From Lingula anatina (Eukaryota > Animalia > Brachiopoda), in assembly GCA_051362555.1 (NCBI GenBank), contig CM120643.1:22758848-22822847 (forward strand): 64,000 nt of DNA, written 5' to 3'. The notes under the pieces were generated by a model. That model searched no databases. It was not told the DNA's origin and worked only from the letters and a program-made list of their open reading frames with translations. The position numbers and the translations under genes are program-made. Below, piece by piece: positions 25,004 through 38,876 of this stretch. Position 1 is the first letter of the stretch, and every line of letters begins with the position of its first letter.

Positions 25004-25344
25004 TTAAAGGGATAACAACTGTTCGTAGGATATCCATATTTCACTATAAATACATTGCAAACAACTCAGAAATATAATTAATTCTATTTTACCACCAAAA
25101 CGGCGGTTGACGCATTTATTCTGGAGTTGTGCTTGCCCTCACACCACGTGACCTCCATAGATGGTTACACTCTATAATAATCTCTTAAGAGAATATTACA
25201 AAAAACCAAACTTCTTAGAAAAAAACCAGGGACTAACTTTGAATGATGGAATAGATTCATTAACCATTGGGAAGTATGGGAAAATTGTCCTTTACCCCAG
25301 GAAAATCCATTTTATGGCCAAAATGAACAGTTGTTATTCCTTTA
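25004..25344. mobile_element. Kolobok/T2-like MITE (family A), divergent copy 3
   Basis: TTAA|AGGGATAACAACTGTTC...GAACAGTTGTTATTCCT|TTAT; internal sequence alignable to the other copies. Confidence 0.85.
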
Positions 25345-25424
25345 TGTGCAGGGACATAATGTACAAGGGGAGGTAATTTCTCATAGCAAGAACGCTCTGA
25401 TCGAAATCAACAAATGTGATTTGC

Positions 25425-25458
25425 ATTCCACCAAGGAGTTATAACTCCTTGATTCCAC
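25425..25458. mobile_element. 20-bp palindrome with 7-bp TSD (P-element-like footprint or mini-element)
   Basis: ATTCCAC|CAAGGAGTTATAACTCCTTG|ATTCCAC. Confidence 0.65.
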
Positions 25459-28098
25459 TGCCTCACCAGGTGTAAAAACCGCGTTTAATACCGTGAACTT
25501 GCTGCTCACACACACGCGGTAAACCGCAAATGTGCCGCGATACGGAATAGCCGATTAGCCAATCACATTGCCCGTCTACTCTCCGGCGATTTCATAGAAA
25601 TCAGCCGAGATATTCCGAATGATCGACTGCGAAAGGTCTGTGATAACAATAAAACCCCGAAGACATCAGTATTGAATTTGGCTGTTTTAAGTCGACCGAG
25701 ACTGTTGACATGAAGTTTAAATCTGGAACCAGAAGTTGATGGTACGCATGTACTGGTCGCCCATTCAAGATTAAGAAAGAGAGAGAGAGAGAGAGCGAGA
25801 GAGGGATAGAATAGAGAATAGAATAAAGAATAGAGGAAGTGTTTGCATGGCTGATAATAAAAATCAGGTAATTATGTATTGTGCTACATGAGTAACAGTT
25901 TTATCCACTGAAACGGATTCGCCATCATCTGAATAAAGTTTGGTTAAAAGCAACTTCATTGGCAAAGAGCCACCAATTAGCATTTCACTTTTGCTCTTGC
26001 AAAACCTCTAATCTCTAATCACATTTTCTCAGTTGGGGGAACGGCAATGTGTTGATCGTGTGTAGAATAGCTTTTAGCGACCACGGCGATGTCTGAAGCT
26101 TCAAAAACCACACTTATCATTTCAATTCCCTTGTTATAATTAGTATCCCTTCTGCTAAAGTAAAGTAAAAGTTAGACGTTTACAGAGAGCGAGACCATTA
26201 TCCAAGAACGGATTCATGATTTAACAAAACCCAAAAGAAAAATATTTGAGGTGAATAACGAATTTTCCACACCTTATTAGTTGGAACACCTTCCAGACTA
26301 CGCTTGTGGAAGCGTCTGGGTCGACTCTCAGGTGAAACTTAATGAGTGAGATGAGACTGGCCCCATCAGGCGAGACTGGCAGGGTCAGCTGACATCCCGG
26401 TTCACGTGACAGAATCTGCTGACAGGATCTGTCTCTTCAGATAGATTTTTTTACTAATTTCATTTCAATAGAAGAGAGAGAAAGAGAGGAATTTAAGAAA
26501 AAAAGCAACATATGCATCAAGCATTATCAATAAAAAGACTTGAAAGGAAATGATAAAATTTTAATGAACTCTAGAGTCATTTCAATCGCATTTTCCCTTT
26601 TAATTCGAAACTTTATGGTGTCTACAAAACCTCCGGAGGTAGGCATGCAATGACCGAAGGATAGAAAAATGAAATAAGATATTTTGTTACCATCTGTTGT
26701 ATAGGCTTAAAGGTTTCCTTTTTCACGCACACGCTGGCATACGCACAAGAACAGGTAATATATTGCAATCATTGTCGCAAAACAAATATTGATGCATTGA
26801 GCCACATGCTGTACATGTTGTAGGGGTCCATGTTCCTCCCTACACCTTGGTTTCTTTCTTTAACTTCTTATGGTTTCATTTCAGATTCTGCAGTTATGTC
26901 ATTATTTTGTTGCTGCAAACTGCCATACTGTCTCTGTAACAAGTCGGCTAGCTTGGACAGGCATTCTACCAGTCCGCCATTAATATTATAGTCCTTTTCA
27001 GAATCCCAGTCATCATCTTCGTACGCATACTCATCTTCAAATTTGGATCCATAGTTATATCCCTCCCCCGCAGTGACCCTGGTCGTGCTCGCCATTATGT
27101 AGGGGTCCATGTTCCTCCCTACCCAGGTTCTTCTAATATTTCGCTTGTCACTGATGCATGGGAGAGGGAATATAACTACAACCTTACATCTTCAGTTCCA
27201 ACTTTTAAGTCCTTTATAAAGTCCCAGCATTCAGCATTTATACACATTATCTACAGGGAATCTATCTGCATGCCACAGTGGCGGCAACTGATTTAAATAC
27301 TAATTGCAATGCAGTAGTTTCTACTTATCAGATATGCATTTGCCCCAAGCTTACTTAGTTAAACAGAGAATGATAAATATTCATGCAAGACTGAAGTCAA
27401 GTGAATGATAATGATGACTGATTATATAAACATAATATGTAAATGAGTGAGTTTATCACCTGCCTTCAGTGGACCTTTACAATGTGCATACTATGTTGTA
27501 TATTGTTTTATCTTATATGTACAATGGTATTGGTAGTTCATTCACAAAGTTTATACAGCCTTCAGGTTTTAAAAACGCGCTTAATATTTTTCAAAGCAAT
27601 GGTGTAATTATTCACGTTAGTCTAAAAGGCCTATATTGTCTCTCATTTCACAACAGCCTCAATGGTGCGTTGATGACAATTTTCTGTTGGTCATATTTTG
27701 TTTTCAGTATTTTATTTTACACATTACATTTTGCTTTCAATATGATTGAAGCCTTCTTGGAGCTTTATTTTGCCCGTCTGTGAGGCATGCGAAGAAGAAG
27801 AAAGTATATTTATCAAAAGAGAGACAGATAACTCATCGCCTGGTTACATCAAATGGCAAACGTGTTTCTAAGGATAACATTAGCCTTTCTATAACCTTTG
27901 CAAGGTGTTCAGTAAACGCACGCGAATTGCAAACTATATGAAGCATCTGTTGAAAAATGCCATCCTTCAAAACCATATAATTGGGGAGTCACGCACTGGC
28001 GTTGGCACTGTGTTATCATCGTCCATGATGATACACACACCGCCTAGATGATAAACGCCAGCGCAAGAAGTCGTCTGGATGAAAACCGTCACAGAGGA

Positions 28099-28320
28099 AC
28101 CCTCTACCAGGGTCACAGATTGATTTTCACTAGATATTCACAGAAATGTCTCTGGTTAATTCTTTAATCTTTTCTCTACTTTGAGGGAATTTTTGTACGC
28201 AATTAATACCCTCTACCAGTGCCAAAGATTGATTTTTCACTAGATATTCACAGATATGTCTCTGGTTAGATTGACGGTAATTCTCAGCACTGTTTCAGAG
28301 AAAAAGTCCACATAATGAAA
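28099..28320. repeat. Two tandem partial copies of MITE family G
   Basis: ACCCTCTACCAG...GATTGATTTT(T)CACTAGATATTCACAGA...GTCTCTGGTTA at ~28099 and ~28208; matches 56672-56806. Confidence 0.7.
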
Positions 28321-31300
28321 AATGCGGTCCAGGGCAGGGGGCCTCCAGTAAAGATGCAAAAGAGCTTTAACCGAAATATTGGTCTAGTCCTTTAGATCGA
28401 AATTTTGGTCAACCTCAATTGAAGATATACCCACAGTAGTCCACTCCGAATAACTTATCGTCTGTAAAATAAGCATTGTTTTTCTTACGATAGAGCAGGC
28501 TCAGAGTTTCATGTAATTGGACTTCTACTGATTAGGTTGGGAACAAAGTAGACTAACACTTTGGTCTAAATGTTTAGATCGAGTTTTGGGCTATAGTTAT
28601 TTTGTGCAACCATTTTTCATATACCTAGAAATAGGGGACTAATGTGCGCTGTTTAATGATCTTTTTGTTGTGATTCACCTGGCTAGGCGAGGAGACTTCA
28701 CTTTCCTCCTCTCCTTACAACTTTAAAAAAAATTATAAATAGATAACAGAAATAAATAAACAGGTCGCTTTAAATGTTAATAGCAAGAACGCGATTTCAT
28801 TGGACTTACACGATAACCATGGGCAATGATGTTTTAAAAAACGCAAATGTTTTGAAGAATCAGTTATGTTGTAAAGATTGCCCAATTTCATGGTTATATG
28901 CAAATGGCTAAATTAAAACATGAGATCCATCACCGAAACTGTACGATATCTATCGACTTTATATTGATTAGAACCTGTGCATTTTCTGTCATTTGACACT
29001 TATTTAAAAGTTAGCTTTAAAAGCAATTAGCAAGGCAATATGACCACTCATTCAAATGATGTTATGACTAAAAAGTTGTTTAGAGTAAGAAGTACATATT
29101 GAAACATCAGGCACTGTTTGAAAAAATAATTAAAGTGGAAAATTGGTCTTAGCTGAGCCTGATCAGAATTTAAGCCAACTAGTTTTTGTAAAAGTCCTTA
29201 ACATTGTCTTAAAAATCCTTAGACCAATTTTTAAATTGTTTTACATCATTTCCCCTGCCTTGTTGACAATGGCCTGTTCAGAAATGTTTCAACTTCAAAT
29301 ATTGTGACCCAACCTAAGTCATACGACTTTAGCAGACTAAGCGAAGGCCAAAAGGTAAACAATTAGCTTGAAAGTTTAGACCAATTTTCAGGACAAAAGT
29401 TTTTTTGCGAAACGGACCCCAGAGAAATACGTCAGTCCTTTATTATTAGTGGTATATAGTTCCTAGCTAAGTCCCTAGTGAAGTTAATAGAATAGTCACA
29501 GCACGTTTCACTAGAAAGTAGTGCTTTGTGTTGCACGCGCCTATTAATACATAATTTTCGAAAACGCCATTGGATGAAGCACATACACCAGGAAAACCCG
29601 ACTATAACAGAACCCCTCGAGATAAATCTAATGATGTCATGATAGTCTGTGAAATAATTAGTCAGTGAAACTTTGATTGAAACGTTTTCCCCAGAGTCTT
29701 CTGTATTGTTGGCAGTGTATAATACGGAAATTTGAAAACAGGTAGATTAAATCTGTATGCGTACCTATATCTTTCAATGATAGAAGACGGATTGCCTTTG
29801 ATTGAGTAAGACGGACAATGGTTCTCGATAGAAGTACGGTTTATGTAATCATTAAAGATATCTTACCCGTGATCGAATTTCCCACGAAAACAAAACCGAT
29901 TTGCGTCCCTGCACTTATATTTGATGCTTTACACCATTTCTAATTAGATAACTAATTTTATTATTACTTATGTCTTATAACATCTTCTTGTGCAGTTCAG
30001 AATGTAATAACAATATATCAATGTATTCAAGGTTTGAATTAGTAAAGAGAAGTATGAGTGGCTTTGCAGTATAGGCAAGTATAGGAATTACGACTTTAGG
30101 ACATATACCATTAATCATTAGAAGCCATTGCGTAAGGGCTTAGCCCAAGTTTTCCGGAAACTTGTTAGAAATTATCAGTTTCTTCAAATGTCCTACTTCT
30201 AACCAGTAGGACACTTTGTACATAGAAAGTGGTCATGTAGTTTGAGTACATGGTGTGCGAGAGTGGAATGTGTGTGGGGGAGTTGGTTTGTTTATTGACA
30301 AAGTCCTCGTGACAGGTTGTCTAACGAATATTCACAATTCAGGGTAATAGAGCGAACACACGCACCTGCTACTTGAATCCCGTGCCCCTAGCGAATAATC
30401 AGTGGGCCAACTGCCAGAACAACAAACGGTAGTTTGATCACAAGAAATACACGTGTTTCATGCTTGTGCTTGGATGAGCACTGAATAGAAATAGTACTGC
30501 TAGGATTAACAAAACTCATACATAAATATATATAAGCATTTTAGAACAAGAGAGGTATTGGGAAAAACTCGTGGAATGTTCTTCTAGACGCAAAAGCAGC
30601 ATATAGGTAATGCCACAGAAAGCATGGTTTCACGGCATAAATGTCATACCTTTCATTGGCATATACTCATTCTTCGTATTAATACAATTTGCATGAGCAT
30701 TTCTTTCATTCGTAACCTTTGCAATATACCCCTCAGAAACAGCAAATCAATTTGTAACATCTGCAAACAACCTGTGGGCCAAAATTGCTAATTAAAAAGA
30801 TACAATTGATTTTCCGCTCTCGGTTATTAGTAGTCGGGGCATGTCTACTTGCTCGCGTTAAAGAAGTCTTTACCCCGGAGCATTCGCGGTTATGGGGCGT
30901 TAAAGCCTCTTTGAAAGATATATGTAATGTTGACCGCGGGCAAATTAATTGGATCACTTGTTGCCACAAACAAAACATAGCGCACTTACGAGGAGTGATG
31001 GTTTTCGGTTTCTGCGAAAACAGAGTAATTGATGCATTTTAGTTTGAAGATTGGCGTCAACCTGATAAACGTGGAATGAATAAGAAGATTTAATGCGAAC
31101 TGTCCTAACAATAGTCCTTTCGAAATAATATAGCGTCGAATGTGTATTTTGAAATGCCAGGAAATGGAGTTGTGATGTCGTTTCGATTTTAGCCCCAAAA
31201 GGTCGCATCATATCTCACTTTACAATCAGCAGTTTCGTAACTGTCTTAGGTAACAAGTTTCACCGGCTAACGGCATTATATTAAGCACACAAATTTATTC

Positions 31301-33778
31301 TTTCATTACTTTGAAATGTAACTTTTTAGGATTTTCTCTCACACGTTATTTGCGCTGACGTGGTTGAAAAAATGAACTTACTGCAACCTCAGTTCGTTCT
31401 GAGGAGAATTTTTCGTCGTATTTAGCAAAAACCCTTCATCAGGACTTTAGGTGAACAGTGCACTACCCACAATCCTCTACCGCCGCTACGCGGAGCTTTT
31501 TTATTACAGATAACCACAGATATCTCTTTGGCTTATCCCATGCACTTTTCTTTACTGTCTACAGCGAGGGTGTTTGCACATGATTTCAGGAAGCACGTCA
31601 GCATGCAGGTGGCCAGTGGTGGAGAGCAAGTGTACCATGCGACCTCCACGTATTAATATAGACGCCCTCATTATATACAGAGAGAGACACGCCTTGACAG
31701 ATAGCCCTAGATGTACATTTTATCCTCATATGTATCATTTAACTTCGATTTACCATCTTTTAGTCGATTAAACATCATGAAACAAACTGCATTATTTTTG
31801 CCGCAAAGTGCACCACGAGCCTAACCAAATCCCATCGCTTGCAACATTTCGAAGCGGTGAAATTAGCATAGCACGCTTAGAACTACACAGTTATTAATTA
31901 CGTTATTTCTCTTGCACCAACGTTTACAAATCTTGTTAAACAACATCGATCAAGTTCACGTAAAAACGTTTTCGTAATTTCCTACCGGTGAATGATAACC
32001 CTAAATGTGTCATTATACATTGTACTTTCATCCATGGTTTACAAATTTGCTTCTGATATATCGGCTGTTTTATATTTCCTGTAGTCATCCGTTACTGGTA
32101 AGAGTTATTTGAAGGATTATAAATCTTTTGCTGTTTTTTTTTAACATAAAGATTACTTTATTTTTTGCAAAATGTTTCGATGGATGACACGCAATCACAA
32201 CATTTATGTCACGGTAAAAATTATTTCACGGTATCGATCGTCTGACTTCGTATTAAGATGAGTGACTTTGGTGCGTGTATACGCATTACCGCTATCCACA
32301 AATTGGTTTGTCTCTAGTTACCACTGAACACATCAGTGCTGGTTCAAGTTTGGAACTCACAAACGCCAATGATAGCTTTATTCCATCTACCCAATCAACA
32401 CCTCGATTTTACACTGGCACTAGAGACTAGGCTTTAGGTAAAAATCGTTAGCAACAAATTTGAAGATACACTTATCGGTAGATTTTTAATTCATCTATCG
32501 AGGTGATATATCCGCTGTGTTGATTTTTAAGTTAAATTTGTCTGGATAAATGCTTCTGGACTTCAGTTGTCACTATAGTCACAGTAGTAACAATACCAGG
32601 TACATGTAGGCGTTGATCAGACGTCTGGGGATCACATGTATCTAAAATAATATCTTAACCTTTTGAAACGGAATCAGAAGATATAGCTAATATACGTTTC
32701 TGCACCTTTTGGAATTGAATGTTCATGCAATGTGGTTGACTTTTATGATGGTTTGAAACCTCATCCGACCCATTTACGCAGGAACATAAATGTAAACATT
32801 TTCAACCCATCAGGATATGACATGCATGTGCTCGATGCTTTTTCAACATGACAGCGTGTTGATGCCAAGTTCTCATGCAGGACTGTACACTGACCTTCGT
32901 TACAAGTAGCAGTAAAATACCTATTATTCTTAGTAATATGATTTGCAACCATGCATCCACAGATTTATCGTCAAATAATACCTAAACGTTGCATACATGT
33001 TATTTGAATCTCCACTCAGGTTGTTTCCGCGAAAACCATAACATTTACATAGAACCGGCACATAAGGTAACCACACAGGGCATTACTATGTTAGTATACT
33101 GACTCCCAGGGGACAGAAACTGGTATATACAACGATTAAATGTCGCCATCACATCAATAATGGAATAATTGAATTTAAGGTTGGCATTAACAACTTTAAA
33201 TACAAGTACGCATTGGCGCGGTAATTAAGCACATGGTTTAGATCTTATCGTAGCCTTTGATGCGTATGTTTTACGAGATTATACATCAGAACTACAGAAG
33301 GATGTATTGGCTGCATTTTACTGTGTGTTTGTGAATAAAAGGTGTTTTGCAATAATAACTTATCATGAAGAACATCCGATCTCCCGATTTCGTGTACTTT
33401 TCCGAAAAGTGTTTGTTTTATCCTGCGCACCATGCACTTTTTTCGTGGAAAAAAACTTTGGCCACGCGCCAATTCATAAGATGAAAACACATACCTTTAA
33501 GCTAAAATGACATATTGTTTCTTTTCAGACATGAACGTAGAATCAACGTTTTATAAAGTTTTGACTTATGTGTATCAAAAAGTGCTGTCGGGTTGTGATT
33601 AAAGGCATCCCATCCGTCGAATCGAACTTTTCACGAAAGAATACAAGTTCCTACTTTTTACGAACCAGTGCTCCATCCGTTCCCATACTTGCTTTCGGTG
33701 TTTTCTCACAGAATGGTTTTTGTTCTAAATGGCGAGTCAGTCACTGACCTGTCTCCGTGTGTATTTTACAAGGAAATA

Positions 33779-34124
33779 TTAAAGGGATAATAACTCTTCG
33801 TATGAGATCTATATTTCACAATAAAAACATTGTGAATAACTCATATAAATATAATATATTCTGTTTTACCACAAAAAATTGGCAGTTATACCTATTATTC
33901 TGATATCTGAGCTTTTCTTTAGACCACGTGACCTCCATTGATGGCTATACTCTGTTAAAATCTCTTAAGAAATTTTAACAAAAAACAAACTTTTTAGATA
34001 AAAAACAGGGACTAACTTTGAATGTAAAAATGGATTCATTAATCATTGGTAAGTATGGGAAAATTGTTGTTTACTCCAGGAAAATTCATTTTTTGGCCAA
34101 AACGAAGAGATATTATCCCTTTAA
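33779..34124. mobile_element. Kolobok/T2-like MITE (family A), copy 4
   Basis: TTAA|AGGGATAATAACTCTTCG...CGAAGAGATATTATCCCT|TTAA. Confidence 0.88.
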
Positions 34125-37100
34125 TGTCAGGTGCTGGCTGTGATTTGATATTTGTAACTGAATTTAGAAAAGAAAGACGAGTTACTTTGAAATTTTATAG
34201 ACGCAAAATATGACATTGGGGCACTATCCAGCGCGCTCAGTATACCTTTAAAATCGTGAAACAGTCCGTTAACACTTCAAAATGGAACTTTTAATACACA
34301 ATTACAGCACAGAAGCATGTGACAGAACAGATCAACAAGGCATTGTTGGTTACTTCTCATTTGCGTAGGTTTCGAAATGGTGGTAGAGCATTCATTGGAC
34401 GGTTGATTGGTAGATAACGTTAGAGAGTCACCTAAACTGACTCCCCCGCGATCGAAACGGATAAATAACTTCAGCCTACAGTAGCAAGAAGCTAACTTGT
34501 AGAGAACTTGGGAAAAGGGGTTACATGTAAGTCCCCTGTTGTATCATTACATGGTAGAACCTCTCAAAACTTAAGTTGCCGTTATATGTCAGCTGTAACT
34601 TTTGTTAATTAACTATCTTCGTTCAGTCTATATCGATCTGGTTTCGTAGACATTATCTGGTAGTTGAATTCCCGTGTTGAAATGCGACTTTTGTTTAAAA
34701 TGCTTACCGTGTTTCACCCCGCCAGCTCAAAATATCGCTATTAACACTGTCATCATGATTGGCTTAACTGCCTCAATTACCACCAATATCCGGCAATAGC
34801 TTGTCTTGGCGGTAGTAGGTAGGAAATTGGGCGTTCACTAATCACACATTTGTTGCTTGATTGGTATTTCACTTTTGACAGCGCGAATCGCGCTGTGAAC
34901 TTTCGGCACCAAGATCAAAGGTAATGCTGCGTAATGACAGTCTTATATTGTTAGGGAAAAATAATCGGCTTTAATGGCCAGTTGCGTTTGTTCTAGTTGT
35001 GCGTGTTTGGTAAAAAATCTAAATCCTTAAGCTCAATCCCTTATTTCATATTATACATGTACCCCATCCCCTTCCGCATGCATGTTTGTCGGAAGTGATG
35101 CCGATCGTGGAGGTGCAATAAACAAGTTTTCGTTGACAAGCATAAAGAGAAAAATTACAACATACAAAATACACTCTTAAAACACATAAATGACCTGATA
35201 AGATGTACCAATATCATGAAGCAAACAATGAGTGGAATCATCCCTCTGAACGAAAAGAAGAAAAAACAAGAAAAAAGATTTTCTCAAGAGCACGTGTGCA
35301 TGTAGGTTTTAAATAAAGTTGCGTTTTTGCTTGGAAAAATTGGACGCATCACTTGAATCACTTAAAAGAAACGGTTTATGAAAGTACATCCACGAGGATG
35401 GACGGAAACAATAACGCAACAACAACAGGACAGTATAGACAACGATCTACGAGCTGCAGCTAGAAAATTACTCTCGACTTTGTGTTGTGAGACTCTCCTA
35501 GTGTTGTTGTCATAAAAGAATATGAAGTAGCCGTGTAATCTGACACGGCAGCTCATAAGTAGAAAAGGTCAGTAATGACAAATGCCGGCGGCGTACAATT
35601 AGTTTTTATTGTCGTTTAACTTAGACAGATCGTATCAATCAAAATTGCAGGCAAATGATTGTTATAAGTATACAGACCAAGAGAAATTGATACGACGACA
35701 TAACATTTTGGTATGACAAAGTCTATTTCTTCACAACTTTTTTCAAGGTACAACCAGTCAGATAATGCGGCATTACGACACACGCTCTAAACTAAGTACT
35801 TAAGTGGCAATGAAAGTGTCCCCAAGAGCCCGAATATTGAATTAATATTTCAACCAATTCAAATTCCGTATGGCAGACGTGACCTATGTTGCCAGTGGGG
35901 AATTTATAACCTAATTACGTCGAACTAACTTGCAAAACGTGGGCTAGCTCAGATAACGGGGGTTCTCTATCAACTTAAAGAACCGATCTGAGATTTTAAA
36001 GAGACCACTCGATCAATGTTGGACAGGTCTGAAGCATGCGTGAATGGCCAAGTTTGGCATAACTAGATTTATTCTCTGACCGTTCAGGCCTGCTGGCAGA
36101 AGCATGTCGTCTTCAGAGGAACAGAGAGCAGGGGTGGGGGTTGGATTTTGATGGCCATGTTTGCAGGCGCATATCTGTAGGGACAATAAACGGGGATGTT
36201 GAAAGGGGCTGAGCTCATGTTTCTCCAGGGCTCGATTTTAGCAAAAGCATTATCGTTAATTTGATTTGTACATGACATAATGAGTTTTGAGTTTTAAAGC
36301 ATTAAAAGCCGATCGATGGTGTCTGGAAAGGAACATTATCATGATAGATTTGTCATTAAAATTATCTGTTAAAAGGAGCCTCATTACTGTACAGCACCTT
36401 ATCTTTAACAAACACATTGGATATAACGAGACAAAGAGACAAAAAGGTTTGTTTGCATTCCTAAAAAAAACCCTTAAACGGAACAACACTATTAATGTAT
36501 TACGTAATATACACGAAACTTCTTATAGTGTCTCACTACTTACATTGGACCGTTTTAAACATTTATTGTAAGTATCGCCCTTCTGTTCTTGCAAGAACAA
36601 ATAAAGCTGAAATGTTTCCCTAGGGAGTGAATGGCGTACAGAGGTGCTATAAAGAATGCATACTGCTTGTCTGAAGTGGTTTTCAAAATTGATTAAGAAG
36701 CAGCATTCCGAAATCTATGAACAAGTTCATTTATCACTACCAGCATGTCACATTTTAAAGCATTGGAGCGATTGTCGTCCAGAACCATTCCTATATTGAG
36801 TTTGGGGCATTCCGCAGTGCTTCTGAGGAACTCCAATCAAGACCACAGATTTACCCAAAAAAGCCCTAAAACCATTCTAAATTTTTGGACTAAAACCTGT
36901 TCGTCAGGTACGGTTAATTTCAAGGAATAATGAAGTTCGTCTAAGTAAATCAAGTATTGGTGTCTAATGGTCTGAAACATTTCCCATGTCTTTCTTGATA
37001 AAAGAGGTGCATCATTACATTAAATGACCTTATTACTGATGTATCTTGGCTAAAATTGTGGTGTAAAGTTAAGACAATTCTTATTATAAAATATAAGTTG

Positions 37101-38366
37101 AATTCAGAAAAGGCTAAAAATCCACGACGCTCCCTTTCAATGGCCGGCTATTGTACATGCACGTAGCAAGCTTACGCTATCGTTAGAGCCCATAACTTAG
37201 ACAAACATTTGCACTTGTATTCAAAAGTACTATTTAACTTTCTGTACCTCTGATAAAATGAAAAAGGTTAAACTGAAATATCTGTCCAATTAAAAAAAGG
37301 CATGTATACTGTGGTACATGTATGGATGAAATATGAATATTTGACTTCCAAATGACCACTGGCAATGGCCGCTGACAAGCTCTATTTAAGGATTTATTCT
37401 CAATCTTAGGTTCAAGTCGATGGAGAAACCGTAGGTTGTAGGCATAATTAGGCAATTCAAGCCTTTTTCCGCAATCCAGCCTACTGGGAGGCTGGCGTAT
37501 GGCTAATAATGAAAATGTGTAGCTGTAGCCTTCATAGTATCACCTACATCTGGAAACTTTGCCATCTCTCTCTCTCTCTTTCTCAAACAAACACATATAT
37601 TCTACTTACTGAGACTTACTACCTTACTACACGTAGGAGCCAGTGGAAACTCTTCAATACTCACTGGCAGTTTATGATCATTCGACTGGCATAAAGATAT
37701 TCTGAAAGGTCGTAAGACCACATTAATCCAATGTGACACTAATAGACACTGTGAATTAAGAGAAATGCCTACAAAAACAACATATCATTCAGAAAGCGCA
37801 TATATCAAATTCCACGCTCTACTGCACGCGTGGATTAAAACATCACATTGCATAAGCAAACTACTCAAGTCGAATGATGTCACACTTGACATTAAGACGC
37901 CGAGTTTCGAACACAGTTTCCGTGTTGTCTTGTTTATTAACTCTGATGCCAATCGCCAAATATGGACAATTTTTGTTATTGAAAAATATCACGCAATAGA
38001 CCCAGTTTGTATGTAATAAATCAAAGGATTAAATGGGTGTTTGTTTTTTTTTTTTTTTTTTTTTTTGAAAGTAAAAAAAATCTTACGCAGTAGTCCCAGT
38101 TTCTATTTTATAAATCAACAGAAATTGACAAAAATATAAGGGTTTATCAACCAAAAGTACCATAAAACGGTTCTTTACTCTTAACACCTGTTTATAATTG
38201 TCTTAAACTGTATTCATTTGGCCATACACGTGGTGCACGAACCAACAATAGTTAATACGCGATAACAGCCATTATGAAGTAATTAGGCCAAGTAACAAGA
38301 GGAAGAGATGCGGGATAGCTAAAGATATATCACACATAACCAGTACACAGCTTCTAGTCATACAAA

Positions 38367-38404
38367 TCTCTCTCTCCTTCTCTCTCTCACTCTGTGTGTG
38401 TGTG

Positions 38405-38441
<37 letters not shown>

Positions 38442-38456
38442 GATAGATAGATAGAT

Positions 38457-38490
<34 letters not shown>
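38367..38490. repeat. Compound inverted microsatellite (TC)n(TG)n(ATCT)n(AGAT)n(AG)n
   Basis: Direct reading; the two halves are complementary. Confidence 0.9.
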
Positions 38491-38491
<1 letters not shown>

Positions 38492-38649
38492 TTCGCATGT
38501 TGCAAAAAAAAAAATCACTTTTGTAAAACTACATTAGTTTTGTCTGTAGACGTAGAATGGTGCCGCCTCCCTTCATTTACCTACGATTCCATTGAGACTT
38601 CACAAAGCTTTTTTTATTCATTTTACATTGCATTTGTAGCGTAGACCTC

Positions 38650-38876
38650 TGACGTCAGAAATGTAGGCGTGGTATAACTCAGATAAGGAGGCATTGTTAT
38701 CAAACCCACCAATCGCAATCCTAACAAGAAGAGCTGCAATACGCACTGGTCTGTTGCCGAATATATAAGAATCTAGCGACTTAGCTGAAAGAGGACCCGA
38801 CTGCGTTGATCCTGTTTGAGAAGCAATTTTTGTATTTTGATGGAAATAACCTTTTAAGTTTCAAGTCTCGGTAAGT
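38650..38876 (+). promoter_or_regulatory. Putative TATA promoter and non-coding first exon, probably of the GPCR gene
   Basis: CRE TGACGTCA 38650-38657, GC-box-like AGGCGTGG ~38665, CCAAT 38709, TATATAAG 38762, strong donor G|GTAAGT at 38871; acceptor CCTTTCAG at ~47978 upstream of the GPCR ATG. Confidence 0.5.

Noticed and set aside
31400-31450. Possible Penelope-type hammerhead ribozyme (CTGATGA...GAAA on minus strand)
   Set aside because: No convincing stem II, I or III pairing.
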